From Chrysomallon squamiferum (taxonomy: Eukaryota; Animalia; Mollusca), in contig CM022670.1 of NCBI GenBank assembly GCA_012295275.1, positions 11,780,001-11,844,000 on the forward strand: 64,000 nucleotides of DNA, given 5' to 3'. The notes under the pieces were generated by a model. The model made no database searches. It was not told the DNA's origin and saw nothing but the letters and a program-made list of their open reading frames with translations. The first letter of the stretch is position 1. Every line of letters begins with the position of its first letter. The position numbers and the translations under genes are program-made. Below, in pieces: positions 12,404-24,474 of the stretch.

Positions 12404-13636
12404 AAAAATAAATAAATAGATAAATAAAAAATTATTTCATCTCAGTTGGTTTTTAACAATTTGAGAATTAGTTGAAACGTTTATAGTTGAAACGTTATTT
12501 TGCATTGCTTTCTAGCTTGAACAACCTTCGGGAACAGCTTGCCAGACAGTATGGTTGGAACGACATCAACATCTTTATAATAAATCACCACGACCACCGG
12601 TCTATAGCAACAATTAACATGCTCACAGAGCTAGTTCCCTTTCCTGTTTACCAGGATTCTAGGCAGCTCCATCTTTGGCGAGACATCTTTCAAGGAATTA
12701 AAGACGATTTCTTTGTGTTTGACAGGTTCATATTATTTTATGCATTTATTATTTTATAATAATGTCTTCGTTCGGACAATCATAAAAGTGAATTTACATA
12801 GTCATAAAAAGAAAAAAAGAAAAACGATGTCAAGGAGAAAGAAATTAGAAATTTGTTTTATCATTTTAACAAATAGCGCGGTGTGTTTCATTATTTGATA
12901 TTATTATTATTATTATTATTATTTTTTTTGTAATTCAGCATTTCGAAAAATCAGTAATACTTACATAATTTTACATTTATTTAACTATTATCGTTTATTT
13001 ATTTGTTAATTTCCAGGTGTGGCAAAACTGACGTACCGTCTCACATATCCACAGAGCTATCTCGGCTATAGCTACACACGCTTGGCTATAACGAACACAT
13101 ACCAAAACAACATATGTAACTGCCCCGAGCACAATCAGGCCATCCATGACAGAATGGTAGGCGACGCACCAGAAGAACGGCAACACGCTGTCAGTCAAAA
13201 CGGGCCGCCACGATGTGCCGATGGAGACGCTCTTTGCAGAGTATTTCGTAACATAAGAAGGCGACACAGGCACTTAAACGCCACGCACGAGTGTTCATGT
13301 CCCAGACTCCTCACGGAGCGACACTGCTACTGCTCTCTCATGTTGAGCGAACTGGAAGATGGCGCTGCTTGGAAATGTCTGTGTCGTAATCCTTCAGAAA
13401 TGGTACGCCGGAGATGTAGCTGCCAGGCCTGTCCAGCGCTTCGTCAACACACTGGAATCCATCTGTTGAAAGGAAGCGGACGAGTATCGAGTAATGCTGC
13501 ACAAAACGTTCCGGGAAATAGCTGACCCTGACCTCAGCAGAGTTCCTGACGGTGACCTCACCAGAGTCCCTGACAGGGAACTAATCCCTGAGGGTGTCCT
13601 TCCAGTACCAGCATTTGATCCTGACCCGTAGCGTAA
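11959..13636 (+). CDS. SELENOP: Selenoprotein P with 9 in-frame UGA (Sec) codons
   Basis: Signal peptide MQGLRALLGLVAIAACLPGSLG, then GRVTVVALLKSS-U-SFC (UGA 12124-12126, UxxC motif) and WRDIFQGIKDDFFVFDRCGK.LTYRLTYPQSYL (the SELENOP KDDFLIYDRCG motif). Exons 11959-12152, 12516-12725, 13017-13636. After the ORF-track 'stop' the frame continues with UGA at 13523, 13529, 13547, 13553, 13571, 13589, 13616, 13622 to TAA at 13634-13636. One extra A at 13024-13027 breaks the frame. Probable non-coding first exon ~11620-11711. Confidence 0.93.
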
Positions 13637-14027
13637 ACTGCAGAACTTTTAACATTTAACTACTAAACGTAACAGTATGATGTCTAAAAAATTATTAATT
13701 CGTCTGTATTCTAATTATTAACGGTATGATACATAGTATTTTAATTTTAAAATATGCAGAAAAAAGAAGGTATAAAACTGAAAGAATTTTATTTTTGTTT
13801 CGTTTTAAAGAAAATAATTTCTACAAAAAACATTAACTTTTGATCTAACTAAAATGTTAATTAATTCTTCTATATTCTCCTTCTAAAATAAAGAATGTTT
13901 ACAAACTATTGAGAAGATAGAAAAAGAAGGAAAAAATAAAATAAATAAATAATCCTACGAAGTACTCCTGAAGGGTCATAACCACCAACAGTAAAAAAAT
14001 GTCGTACTACTGGTAATAGATTTCACC

Positions 14028-14124
14028 GTTTGGCAGACATCAGCTGAACTATGAAAGTAACTCAATAAAACCAAACGGTCTTGAGTTATTTGATTTAAAT
14101 TTCAGCTGCTCTGTCTGACAAAAC
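14028..14124 (+). promoter_or_regulatory. SECIS element (type 2) in the SELENOP 3' UTR
   Basis: Helix I CAGCTGAA (14041-48) pairs with TTCAGCTG (14101-08). Core ATGAA (14051-55) faces TGAT (14091-94). Helix II AGTAACTCAA (14056-65) pairs with TTGAGTTATT (14081-90). Apical AAA (14067-69) with mini-stem ACC/GGT. Outer stem TTTGGCAGACA/TGTCTGACAAA. Confidence 0.92.
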
Positions 14125-14194
14125 AGTAAACTTATTTTCAGTAGATTTTAACGTTGTATTGTAAATATATTTGTACATACTAACATTTTATTTT

Positions 14195-14229
<35 letters not shown>

Positions 14230-14723
14230 AAAATAAAATACCTCTATATCTTTATTAATACCCACTTGCCATTAATTGTTATTATTTTATTAATTACTAT
14301 AGTTAATTACAATTTTTAGAAATGAATTGTTGGCAAAGTAACGATTTAATATCATTATGATTAGGTGGATTTTTAAAAAATAAAATTAAATAAATAAAAA
14401 CTATCAGCTAAACAAAATGCTGAATATTTCTGGTTTTGTCTGCGGATGATGGATCGTTATCAAATCTGTCGAAGGTGATGTTCCAGACCATTAGACATTA
14501 CTAGCTAATATTTAGCAGTCAAAAACAAAGAAATCGAAAAAAACAAAACAACAACAAACAAACGGAAAAAAAAAAAAAAGAAAAAAAAAAACTGAAATAA
14601 ATAATTTTTAATACTGATTGTCTTTTTCATTATTTGATAAATAATAATTTGTAGAAAGTGATTAACATTATGAACCGTTTTCTGTGCTGCTAAAATTCAT
14701 TTATTTGCAGAATTTCCAAGTAC

Positions 14724-14760
<37 letters not shown>

Positions 14761-15099
14761 GTTAAATCTTGATACTAATTCATTAAAAGAACTATCGAAA
14801 ATGACACTGCATGCATGTAACATCTTATCTGAGCTAACACACTCAAGTGTCGTAAAACTAATTCCATAATGTTTCATATAATTATTTACTTCACAGAACG
14901 AATTTATTAAAGTAGAAAAGTTTTCACATTTCTGGTGTATATGTTACCAGTTCCACGGAACGTTGCATCAAATATATTTATGCAACTCTATGAAGTCAAA
15001 ACAAGAGTTATCACGTGTGTTGTTTTGTTTTTTACCAATATATTCTCGCAAACTCTCGCTAGTTGTACGAGACTTACAATATGTTGTGTATGTTGTGTT

Positions 15100-15270
15100 G
15101 CCAGCCAATCAACATGCTTTCGATATTGTGATTGGCCAATGGAACGGAGGTAAACACAAAAGTGTACATCTGAACGACTAGCTGTGACATGTTATTTTCT
15201 ATAACAAGCAAATTTTAAATGCAGAATAACTGAGAAAGTATCGATATTCTAGTGGATTATAATTATAATA
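15100..15270 (+). promoter_or_regulatory. CDC20 proximal promoter / non-coding exon 1 with NF-Y CCAAT boxes and a CHR-like element
   Basis: CCAAT at 15105 and 15136, ATTGG at 15131, TTTAAA at ~15214, splice donor GTAAGT at 15271 and acceptor at 15975 just before the ATG. Confidence 0.5.
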
Positions 15271-15637
15271 GTAAGTTTTTATTTTTTAAGAATAGTTTGT
15301 ATTATTGCATATAACTCTATATTATAATTACTGAATTATTTCTTATCGTTATTTTAAGTTCATAGTTACTGAATATTCTATTACGATCTTTTTGAATAAA
15401 ACAGTCTTGGTTCATTGATAATTATTATAATGAAATGAAATACGAAATCTGTGATAAAGTACACAAATCTAGTATTGATAGCTTAAACAATACAAAACTC
15501 GATAGCATTAGAATAAACTGTAAAGATGTCCATCTTCCTTTAAAATAACATTTTATCGGTCAAAGGTAAATATTTAAATCTAACTTTGTTTAAACTAGTT
15601 GAAAATAATGTTTCAGTGCAAAACGTCACCTGATTTA

Positions 15638-15693
<56 letters not shown>

Positions 15694-15981
15694 GAAAAGC
15701 TAAACTTTCTATCATTTACAGTATCTTTTGCAACAATTGTATTCTACTGTCAATTTATTCTTTGTAACAATATTAATACTTGTTTGAGTTCATTTACTGA
15801 TTTAGCTTACATTTGACACACAGTCACAGACACACACACACACACACACACTGTTGTGTGCTGTTGAAACAAAATGTAATGTTCAGAAATTCTAACATAC
15901 AACAAGAAACTAAGCTGGATTTTGTTATTTTAAGATGCTGTTACGAAATCTGATTATTTAACATGTATTTTCAGGTAGACA

Positions 15982-18900
15982 ATGTCTCAGTTTTTGCTGG
16001 AAAATGAAGTGAATAGTGCCTTGAAATGGGATGCTCCTCTGACAAGGGGCCCACTCATGAGATGGCAGAGGAAACTGGTAGAGGCTGAAAGCATCCACAG
16101 TGTAAATAGTTCACTGAAAAAAACACCAGTGAAACCTGCTAATTATTCTCAGAATGCCACGCCACCATCACTATCACGATCAGCAAGAAAAACACCCAAA
16201 TCCGCAGGTAAAGTCATGTGTGTGTACATTTTAACTTGTCAGTTATGTGCAAGTACCTTTGTGCCAACTATATCTACCATTGCTAGTTATAAAGGTCAAC
16301 TCAAACTGATTTCACTCAATGATGATGATGATAAACATGATGAGTAAATATTTAATGATGAATTGTTTTGTATTTTTAAGATTTCTGTTTATGATAGGTC
16401 CAGAGTAAATTAGGCAACATTTGTCTTTAAAATGACAATGTTTTGTGAACTTAATTTATGAAATAATTGAAGATAATAACATGAATACAAAGGTGAACGA
16501 AAAAAGCCGGTATATTGTGTTGTATAAGGAATGTAAGAAAAAAAACAAGTACAGGTTTTAAAGTTGAGCTGTAAAATTATTAGTGCTCTCAAGTAATTTA
16601 TATTTCATTTTAGTAACAAAAACTATTTTTGTATTGTTATTTTTAATGTATCTCAGGAAAGTTAAGAACGCCAGGTTGTAAGACTCCCAAAACACCAACT
16701 GCAGGTGACAGATTTATTCCCAATCGATGCAGCACACAGTTTGAAATGGGCCACTACAAACTGGGTGTTGATGTTGATGCTGAAGATGAACTAATGAGTC
16801 CATCACAGCAGGAATTTCAGCGTATCATGAATGGCAATCTCAATGGTGATCTGCTAGATTCCAAGATCATTGCTTACAAAACAAAGGCTCCATCAGCTCC
16901 TGAAGGTTTGCTTTTATTAAAAATAAATATATTGTTTTTTTTTTTATATATCCTGTGATTTATTATTATTGTTATTTTAATGTTAGAACTAGATTATCTA
17001 ATCTGTTTTTAGAACTTCTAGAAATAATCAGTAAAGTGGTTATTGGTTATTTTCATATTTACTATTTATAGAACTGCAACATCTTTTTTTTTCACAGTTC
17101 TACTTTATCAAAAAAACTAAAATAATTATTATTTTTTTTTTAAATTTCTATCTTAAATGTTAGAATATTTTAATATTTTTCCAGTCATATATAATTTATG
17201 ATTTCAGTGGGTCTAGGAGTGGCAATATTCATCAACATGACATCCATGTTGGCAACCATCATATTGCTATAAATTCATTGAAAGTTCTGTTTTTTTTTTT
17301 TTTTTTTTTTTTTTATTATTTTTTTTAATGTTATACAAATGCAATAAATATATATTTATTTAAATAATAATTAAAAAAAAAAAAAAAATGTTAATTATGT
17401 ATTTTACAGGATTAAACAATAACCTTCGAGTCTTGTACAGTACATCTAAATGTAGCAGCACAGCAAAGACTATGAGGCAGATACCTCAAGTACCAGAAAG
17501 AATCTTAGATGCACCGGAAATCCTGGATGATTACTGTGAGTTGTTTCCCCAGATTTTTCATAAATAAAAATGCACAAGACAATGCATCAAATATAAAAAT
17601 CTATTTTATGTTAATATTATATATATTGTTTTTCTATAATAAATTAATTTATATTTACGATTCACCTTTGTTTTCAGATTTAAATCTGCTTGACTGGTCC
17701 GCAAACAATCTTTTGGCAGTGTGTCTTGGTAACAGTGTGTATCTGTGGAATGCCAATAATGGTGAAATTGAACAGTTGATGCAGATGGAAGAGCCTGGTG
17801 AATACATAGGAGCAGTGTCTTGGATTAAGGAAGGCAATTATCTAGCAGTTGGTACTAGCAGTGGTGATGTCGAGGTTTGTACATCAGGTTGTTTTCACTC
17901 TTCAGTAGCTCGACTCCTGTGACATTTCAGACAGTTTTGTGTAATAAAGCTGTGTTTAGAACATTCCATAGATGTAACTTTGTTTTTTATTTTTATAGTT
18001 GTGGGATGTTTCTCAGAAAAAGAAACTTCGGACTATGGCTGGACATTCTGCTCGTGTTGGCTGTCTCTCTTGGAATATGTATATACTAAGCAGGTATGTG
18101 AATTCAGCAAACAAAACCCAGGCAAAATATAAAGTTAAAGTTGTAGCAGATAAATAATCCATATTTGTTCACATTCATTGGTATCCTAATGATAATGTCT
18201 AAATGATAAAAGTTAAATGGTGTAGTTTTTACAATTTTTTTTCAGTAGTGTTCAAATGGTGAACAAAATTCTCTGTTTATATTTAAATCATTTTAAACAT
18301 CTCTTAAGCTTGTGCATTAATAACAGTGTTGTCCTTTCCTGTAGAATTGCTGAATCTTTTAATATTTTACCAGCCAAATGTAATTTTGAGTATGATTTCA
18401 GTGGGTCTAGGAGTGGCAATATTCATCAACACGACGTGCGTGTTGGCAACCATCACGTTGCTACACTGGAGGGTCACACACAGGAGGTGTGTGGTCTGAA
18501 ATGGTCACCCGATGGAAAGTATTTAGCCAGTGGAGGCAACGACAACCTGCTTAACATCTGGTCATCCAATGTGTCCGAAGTTCAGCCTCTCCACACATTC
18601 TCACAACACCTGGCTGCTGTCAAGGTATTCAAAAAGGGAAATAATTTCTCATTTCCTTATCAGTGAAATCAGTAGTAAAGAATGGGGTAAAAAGATAAAA
18701 CCTGATGTCTTATATTAAGATTAATTTTTTTTATTTGAATATTACTGAAAAGTTTCTAATATGTTGGTGTTTGACATTTGTTTTTATTAATATTAGATAT
18801 ATGACACAAAAAATTAATACTTAGCTTAATCATCTTTATATGTTTATTAATTGGACTGTTTTATAAAATCCACATGAATGTTTCCTGATGTAATACAAAT

Positions 18901-20050
18901 TAATTTGCTCAAGTCATTCAAACATTTCAATGTCTGTTTATAGAAGCAAAACTAATAACACTGTAATTGTTGTTCCAGGCTTTAGCATGGTGTCCCTGGC
19001 AACCAAGTGTTTTGGCCAGTGGAGGTGGTACAGCAGACAGAAATATCAGGTTGTGGAACTGTAATACTGGAACTTGCCTCAATAATATTGACACCAAGTC
19101 ACAGGTTTGTTCATTGTCTTTCTTTTTTTTATTCTGCCATATATGATAGATCTGTTTGAAGAAACATTATATTATATAGAAACATGTTCTGGCAGTTGTT
19201 GTCAGTATAGTCATCAAAATAAAAAAATAAAAAAGAATTTCTGTTGTTTATAAATTCAGTACAGCTATTACGTTGATCTTGTGATAAAAATTATTTTCAC
19301 AAACCATCTATTATATTGGTATTGTTGTTGTTAATTTGTTATGTATGAACATTGTTTTTTCTTTTAGGTGTGTGCAATTCTTTGGAGTAAAGAACACAGA
19401 GAATTAATTTCCAGTCATGGTTATGCACAGAATCAACTGGTGATTTGGAAGTATCCACAAATGACCAAACTTGCAGAATTAACAGGTTAGCTAAAACTAT
19501 TTTCTAAGATTTCATCCCAATATTAACTTGCGTTTTGAAAAGAATTACAGTTTAAAAGTTATTTCTTTATTCTGGCTGTAACATTTTGACTTGTATGACA
19601 TCTTTAGAAAGTCATGCATATGAAATATTTGCATTAAATTTGTCTCTTCTGAAATTGAGACTGCTGAGGTTTAATTTACATGGTTTTTTTTATTTTTAAA
19701 TGATGCACAAATACATCAAACCATAAATCTACTCGTAAAATTCTGTACATTCATCAACTAAATTGTAAATTTTTTTTTTGCATTCATCGATTAAATTGTA
19801 GAAATATTTTTACATTTATCAATTAAATTGCAAAACTATATTTACATGCATCAACTGAATTGCAGGTCACACAGCCCGGGTATTACACATGGCATTATCG
19901 CCTGATGGAACAACTGTGGTGTCAGCTGGTGCTGATGAAACAATAAGACTGTGGAAGTGCTTTGCTCAAGATGAACAGAAGAGAAAATTAATGAAATCAG
20001 CGTCTAAAAACACACCATCGTCCACCCTGACACGGACGTTGATTAGATAG
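15982..20050 (+). CDS. CDC20: Cell division cycle protein 20 (fizzy), APC/C co-activator, 9 coding exons
   Basis: C-box DRFIPNR (~16707-16727), [30 protein letters not shown]40 repeats ([24 protein letters not shown]; [21 protein letters not shown]), C-terminal IR tail then TAG. Exons 15982-16207, 16657-16905, 17410-17535, 17678-17874, 17999-18093, 18402-18624, 18979-19104, 19368-19485, 19866-20050, all GT-AG and in phase. Confidence 0.97.
17163..17269 (+). pseudogene. Intronic duplicate of a CDC20 acceptor plus exon 5' fragment (source ~18352-18463)
   Basis: tatgatttcagtgggtctaggagtggcaatattcatcaaca is identical in both places, and similarity extends through ggcaaccatca..ttgcta and into the upstream intron sequence. 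Confidence 0.9.
19745..19866. repeat. ~32-bp minisatellite x4 ending at the last CDC20 splice acceptor
   Basis: Units cattcatcaactaaattgtaa / cattcatcgattaaattgtag / catttatcaattaaattgcaa / catgcatcaactgaattgcAG|G. Confidence 0.75.
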
Positions 20051-22162
20051 TGTGATGTGTTTTCTTGTTTTTGTGCAATATTTCGTTAATGACGTTTCTA
20101 ATATAACAGGTTTAATTCCTCCACACAACCAACAGTTTACAACTAGAAAAGTTCATACAAGCTAACTGCCTTTGTTATTGCATGATTATAAGGTTTGATT
20201 AGGAATTTTGCATGGGCTGTTTTAATCAAATCTGTTGTTTTGGTTTTATGGAATTATTAGTAAAAAAAACCTTGGGATAAAGTAGCTTTTATCCTTCTGA
20301 ATTGCCAAAATCTGTAATTCGTTATTGGGAGACTGACTACTACTAGAAAGTGCTGTCAGTAACAATAAATGTATGGTTTAATAACACATTAAATCATTGT
20401 TTAGTTTTAGACTAAAGAGTCTATATGTTATGATATACACTGTCTACACGATGAACTTTGTTTCTGATTCCAAATTATTTAAATACTATACATATTTACA
20501 CACACATACACACAAACAATACCTATTACTGCAAGGTCTGTTATCAGTTTGCAAAATTGTCATTAGATGTATTGCACCTTTGGATATCAAAACATTAATA
20601 TTTATAAAACATTTTATTTTTAGAACATTCCCATTAAGATTTCATTTTATTACCTAAATATTTTCTTATGTTTTGTTTTGTTACTTAATAATTTTACATA
20701 GATTTCTTACTTTTAAAACTAGTGCTGTTTTGAAAGTGTTATTGATAGGTTTAATCCTGAATATCAAAAGACTGTTGTTAAGATATTTAAATACAGAAGT
20801 ACAGGAAATACATTACGCTGTCACAAAAATAATATTTCTGATTCGATCTGTGATTGTGCCTCTTCTAATATAACAATCACGAATGTGTTATCTTATGAAC
20901 CAGTAATAGCCAATTTCTTAATTCATGAAATTGAGACGTAGTTAAATTTGTATAAAACATTTTAACCAAACAACAAAGTACTAAAGGTAAATGTATCCAC
21001 TATTAAGTAGAATGACACTTTTATATGTGTATTAAACAAAAATACTCCCAAGTCATGACTTGTGTCACTTGTTCTTCATGAATGCACAGCTTTACATGTT
21101 CTCCAAATATTATGTGTGCCAACGACGAGCAACACTGTTAACTTTTGATATAATGAATTGATATATTTACATAATAAATGTAATGACGTATGAAAATAAA
21201 TTTAAACATTTTTGCTTGGTGTTTGTTATTTGTAACAAGAAATTTTGTCATTAATGTTTTAACGTTTTCCCTAGTTGCCTCACAAATTTAAAAAATACCT
21301 TTTGATTTTTTTGCCTTTATTTTGAGAATGAAAAAAAATATATATAAATAATTACAATTTATAATATTACAATTTATAATAATTGAATATTTAAATGTAT
21401 GATAAAAGAAACTCTGCCATCTGATTTAAACGTATTATGAATAAAACTAAACGATGTTGTACAAGACTGCAGAGAAATTATTCTTAACTAATGATGTAAA
21501 TGTAATTTTATATTGAAACATTCTTGAGCATTTACAGATAAGAAATGAAAAACAGTAAACTATGTTTTTAATTTAAATAGGAGTTTAGATGGTAGTTAAA
21601 ATTATGAAGAGAATGAAAATAAAGACAAAATATAAAATGAATTGGAACTTTTGACTTAAACTGGTATTTCATGTTGTTTACACTTAATTACTCCAGTAGT
21701 CAGTCTCAGTCAGTCTCTCTGTCTCTCCCTCTCTCTCTATATACACACACACACAAACAACAAATGAAAAATCTGTATTTAGATTTCATTATCATTTCAT
21801 TATATTAAATGGATTGATAATATCTTACATTTTCTATTGATGTTGAGTTTAAAAAACAAAAAAAAAAGCCAATAATGATTATCCATTCTTAGTCAGATAA
21901 ATTGTATTAAAATGATTTTTAAATGGAAATTTGTTATATTTTATAACAAAACACACAAATTATTTTCCAGAAAACAACAACAACCAAAAAAAAAACCCCA
22001 GTCTTCTAAATTATTAAATATAGACACATCACCATTAGAATGTTCCAAAATGTCTTGTTTTCCAAATCTTAATCCGTGATGAACATAAGTTGTTTTGGTC
22101 TTCCAGAACAAACACTCTTTCACTTTTACATGATACGGATTAGTAATCAGATCAATAAAACA

Positions 22163-24382
22163 CTATTTATTATCTATAAGTTTGTCCCTTGCAATTACTG
22201 ATTCATCAAATCTGATTTGAAAGGCTGTACCCTTGTGCCAATGAACAGTTACTTTTGCTGGCTGTGAAAAAAAAATAAAAAATAAAAATAAAATAAGGAT
22301 GTTATTTTTTAATCCATAATACTGAAAAATAAATAAATAATAAAATTATAATAAAAAGTTTGATCAAAATAACAAAATCCTAAATAAAAATATTAATAAA
22401 ATAACTGTTTACATTGAAAATGTAAGGATTTGCAACCACATATCAACAAAATTGTTAGATGATTTACAACTGTTGTCATTAAAACATTGGATAAACTTGT
22501 TTTGTAGATATTAATGATGTCATTAAAGCAACTGTTGATATATACTTTTCTCATAGTTGTTATAATTAATATTAGGTCATATACTGCATTACTTACAAAA
22601 TTTGCTCCATTTAATACTGCCTCAAGAATACCAGCTGTAAAGGCTGCTGGATTAAGACTTCCTGAAAAAGTAATTTACTGTTAATTATTCAGTTTGCTTT
22701 TAATTTTCATCTGGTTAATGCTAGCATAAAAAAAGGACTTAATTATCTAATTTATAATTTATACTTCTCGGTGGGAAAATACTGCACAACCTGAATCAGA
22801 CATCAGTTTGGAAAATCCAGATTTATGACAAGAAATAAGAATAATAATAAAAACAAATCTTACCTTTATCTTTTGGTACTGAAATGTATCTGTTGACTAG
22901 AGATTCTTTTTCAATTATGTAATCTGTATATTGTTAAGGAACATAAACAACAAAATAAAACTGACAATTGCTTAAACCATCATCATCATCATCTTAATAT
23001 TATTATTATCTTTATTACAGCATATTGTACCAATCATAATCATAACAATCATGTCCTGTCAAGTTCTCACTTGTGGCTGAATGAACTACAGTCACTGCAT
23101 GGCTGCATTGCATGTCTGGGGCCTTGAACCAATGACCTTTCTGTTACATCCAATACTCTATCATCTGAAACATCACCATCATTCTCATAATAAAAGAATA
23201 TGCATTCAGTATGTATCAGAGATACAGGCATTATCTATATTTAATAGTGTATGTCCTATAAATATAAGAATAGTAGCATCATTAATCAAGTATCAGTATA
23301 AATAAATGTTTTAATATTAATATTCAAAATATAATGGATACAAACTCTTTCATCATCATTGGCATGTTCCAAATTGTCTGCTTCTTTTCCAAATAAAGTC
23401 TGAAAATCAGAAAAGTGCACATTTTTAAGTGGACAAACAAATACTTTATATGCAGCATCCAAATCTGAGAGGTAGGGTAAGTTATATCACAATCTGACAC
23501 AAATGGTTATAACTTTTTTAGTAAAATGAGATATCTCTTACTGTTAGACTTTATAGAACTTGTCAAATAGTGGATGCTTTTTGTTTTTATTAATAATGAC
23601 TATTTTTTATCCCTTATCCACATTAATTTTTACCTCAAAGGTTTATAATTAACCTTATAACTTCTACAATTTTATATCAGTTTTATCAAAAATGATAAAA
23701 TACATTTCTGAACTCGTTTTACCTAGTTCTAAATTTTTTTTTTTTTTTTTTTAATATTAACATGCAAGACTATGAACAAACCTTCCACATGTTAGATCGA
23801 ATGAACAGCAGCATTGTCAACAGTTTGATTTCTCTCTTATAGCCTTTCTCCCTGAGAAACAACACATCCAGCAGATGAGATCCGACATGCTGGCCAATTT
23901 CTGAAAGCCTAAGAATTGTACATTACAACTAGTAATTTGAAGCACAAATATATGAACATGTGAATTTTTTAAATTTAGTATAGCCTCTACACATTTCCTT
24001 TCGTCTAAATCATATGATTTAAATACATTTTGGTTCCAAACTTTTAAAATTTCTCACTGTTTTTCTCATGGATTTTATCATTCTGAAAGTCTCATCCAAA
24101 ACTATCCAATATTTTTAGCAGTTACTGATACAGAGAAATTTCAAGATTAATAAAATTTCATTTCTCATAGTTGTAGCTAAGAAAGTTGGTTGATATCTGG
24201 CATCTGTAATGCAGTGATAAACATACATGTACTTACTTGGTTTGAAGTTCAGGCACTGTGTAAACTCGGTTTTGACAGTACTGAACAATCTCAGAAAATA
24301 GCAGAGCAAACGTTGCAATATTTATCTGTAAATGTTAATGATTTTATAAGTAAGTTTAATTTCACTTCAGTGCTGATCAGAA

Positions 24383-24474
<92 letters not shown>

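Noticed and set aside
13670-13740. ATGA...AAAAAA...TGAT as a second SECIS
   Set aside because: Helix II does not pair in the required register, and the A-run is too close to the core.
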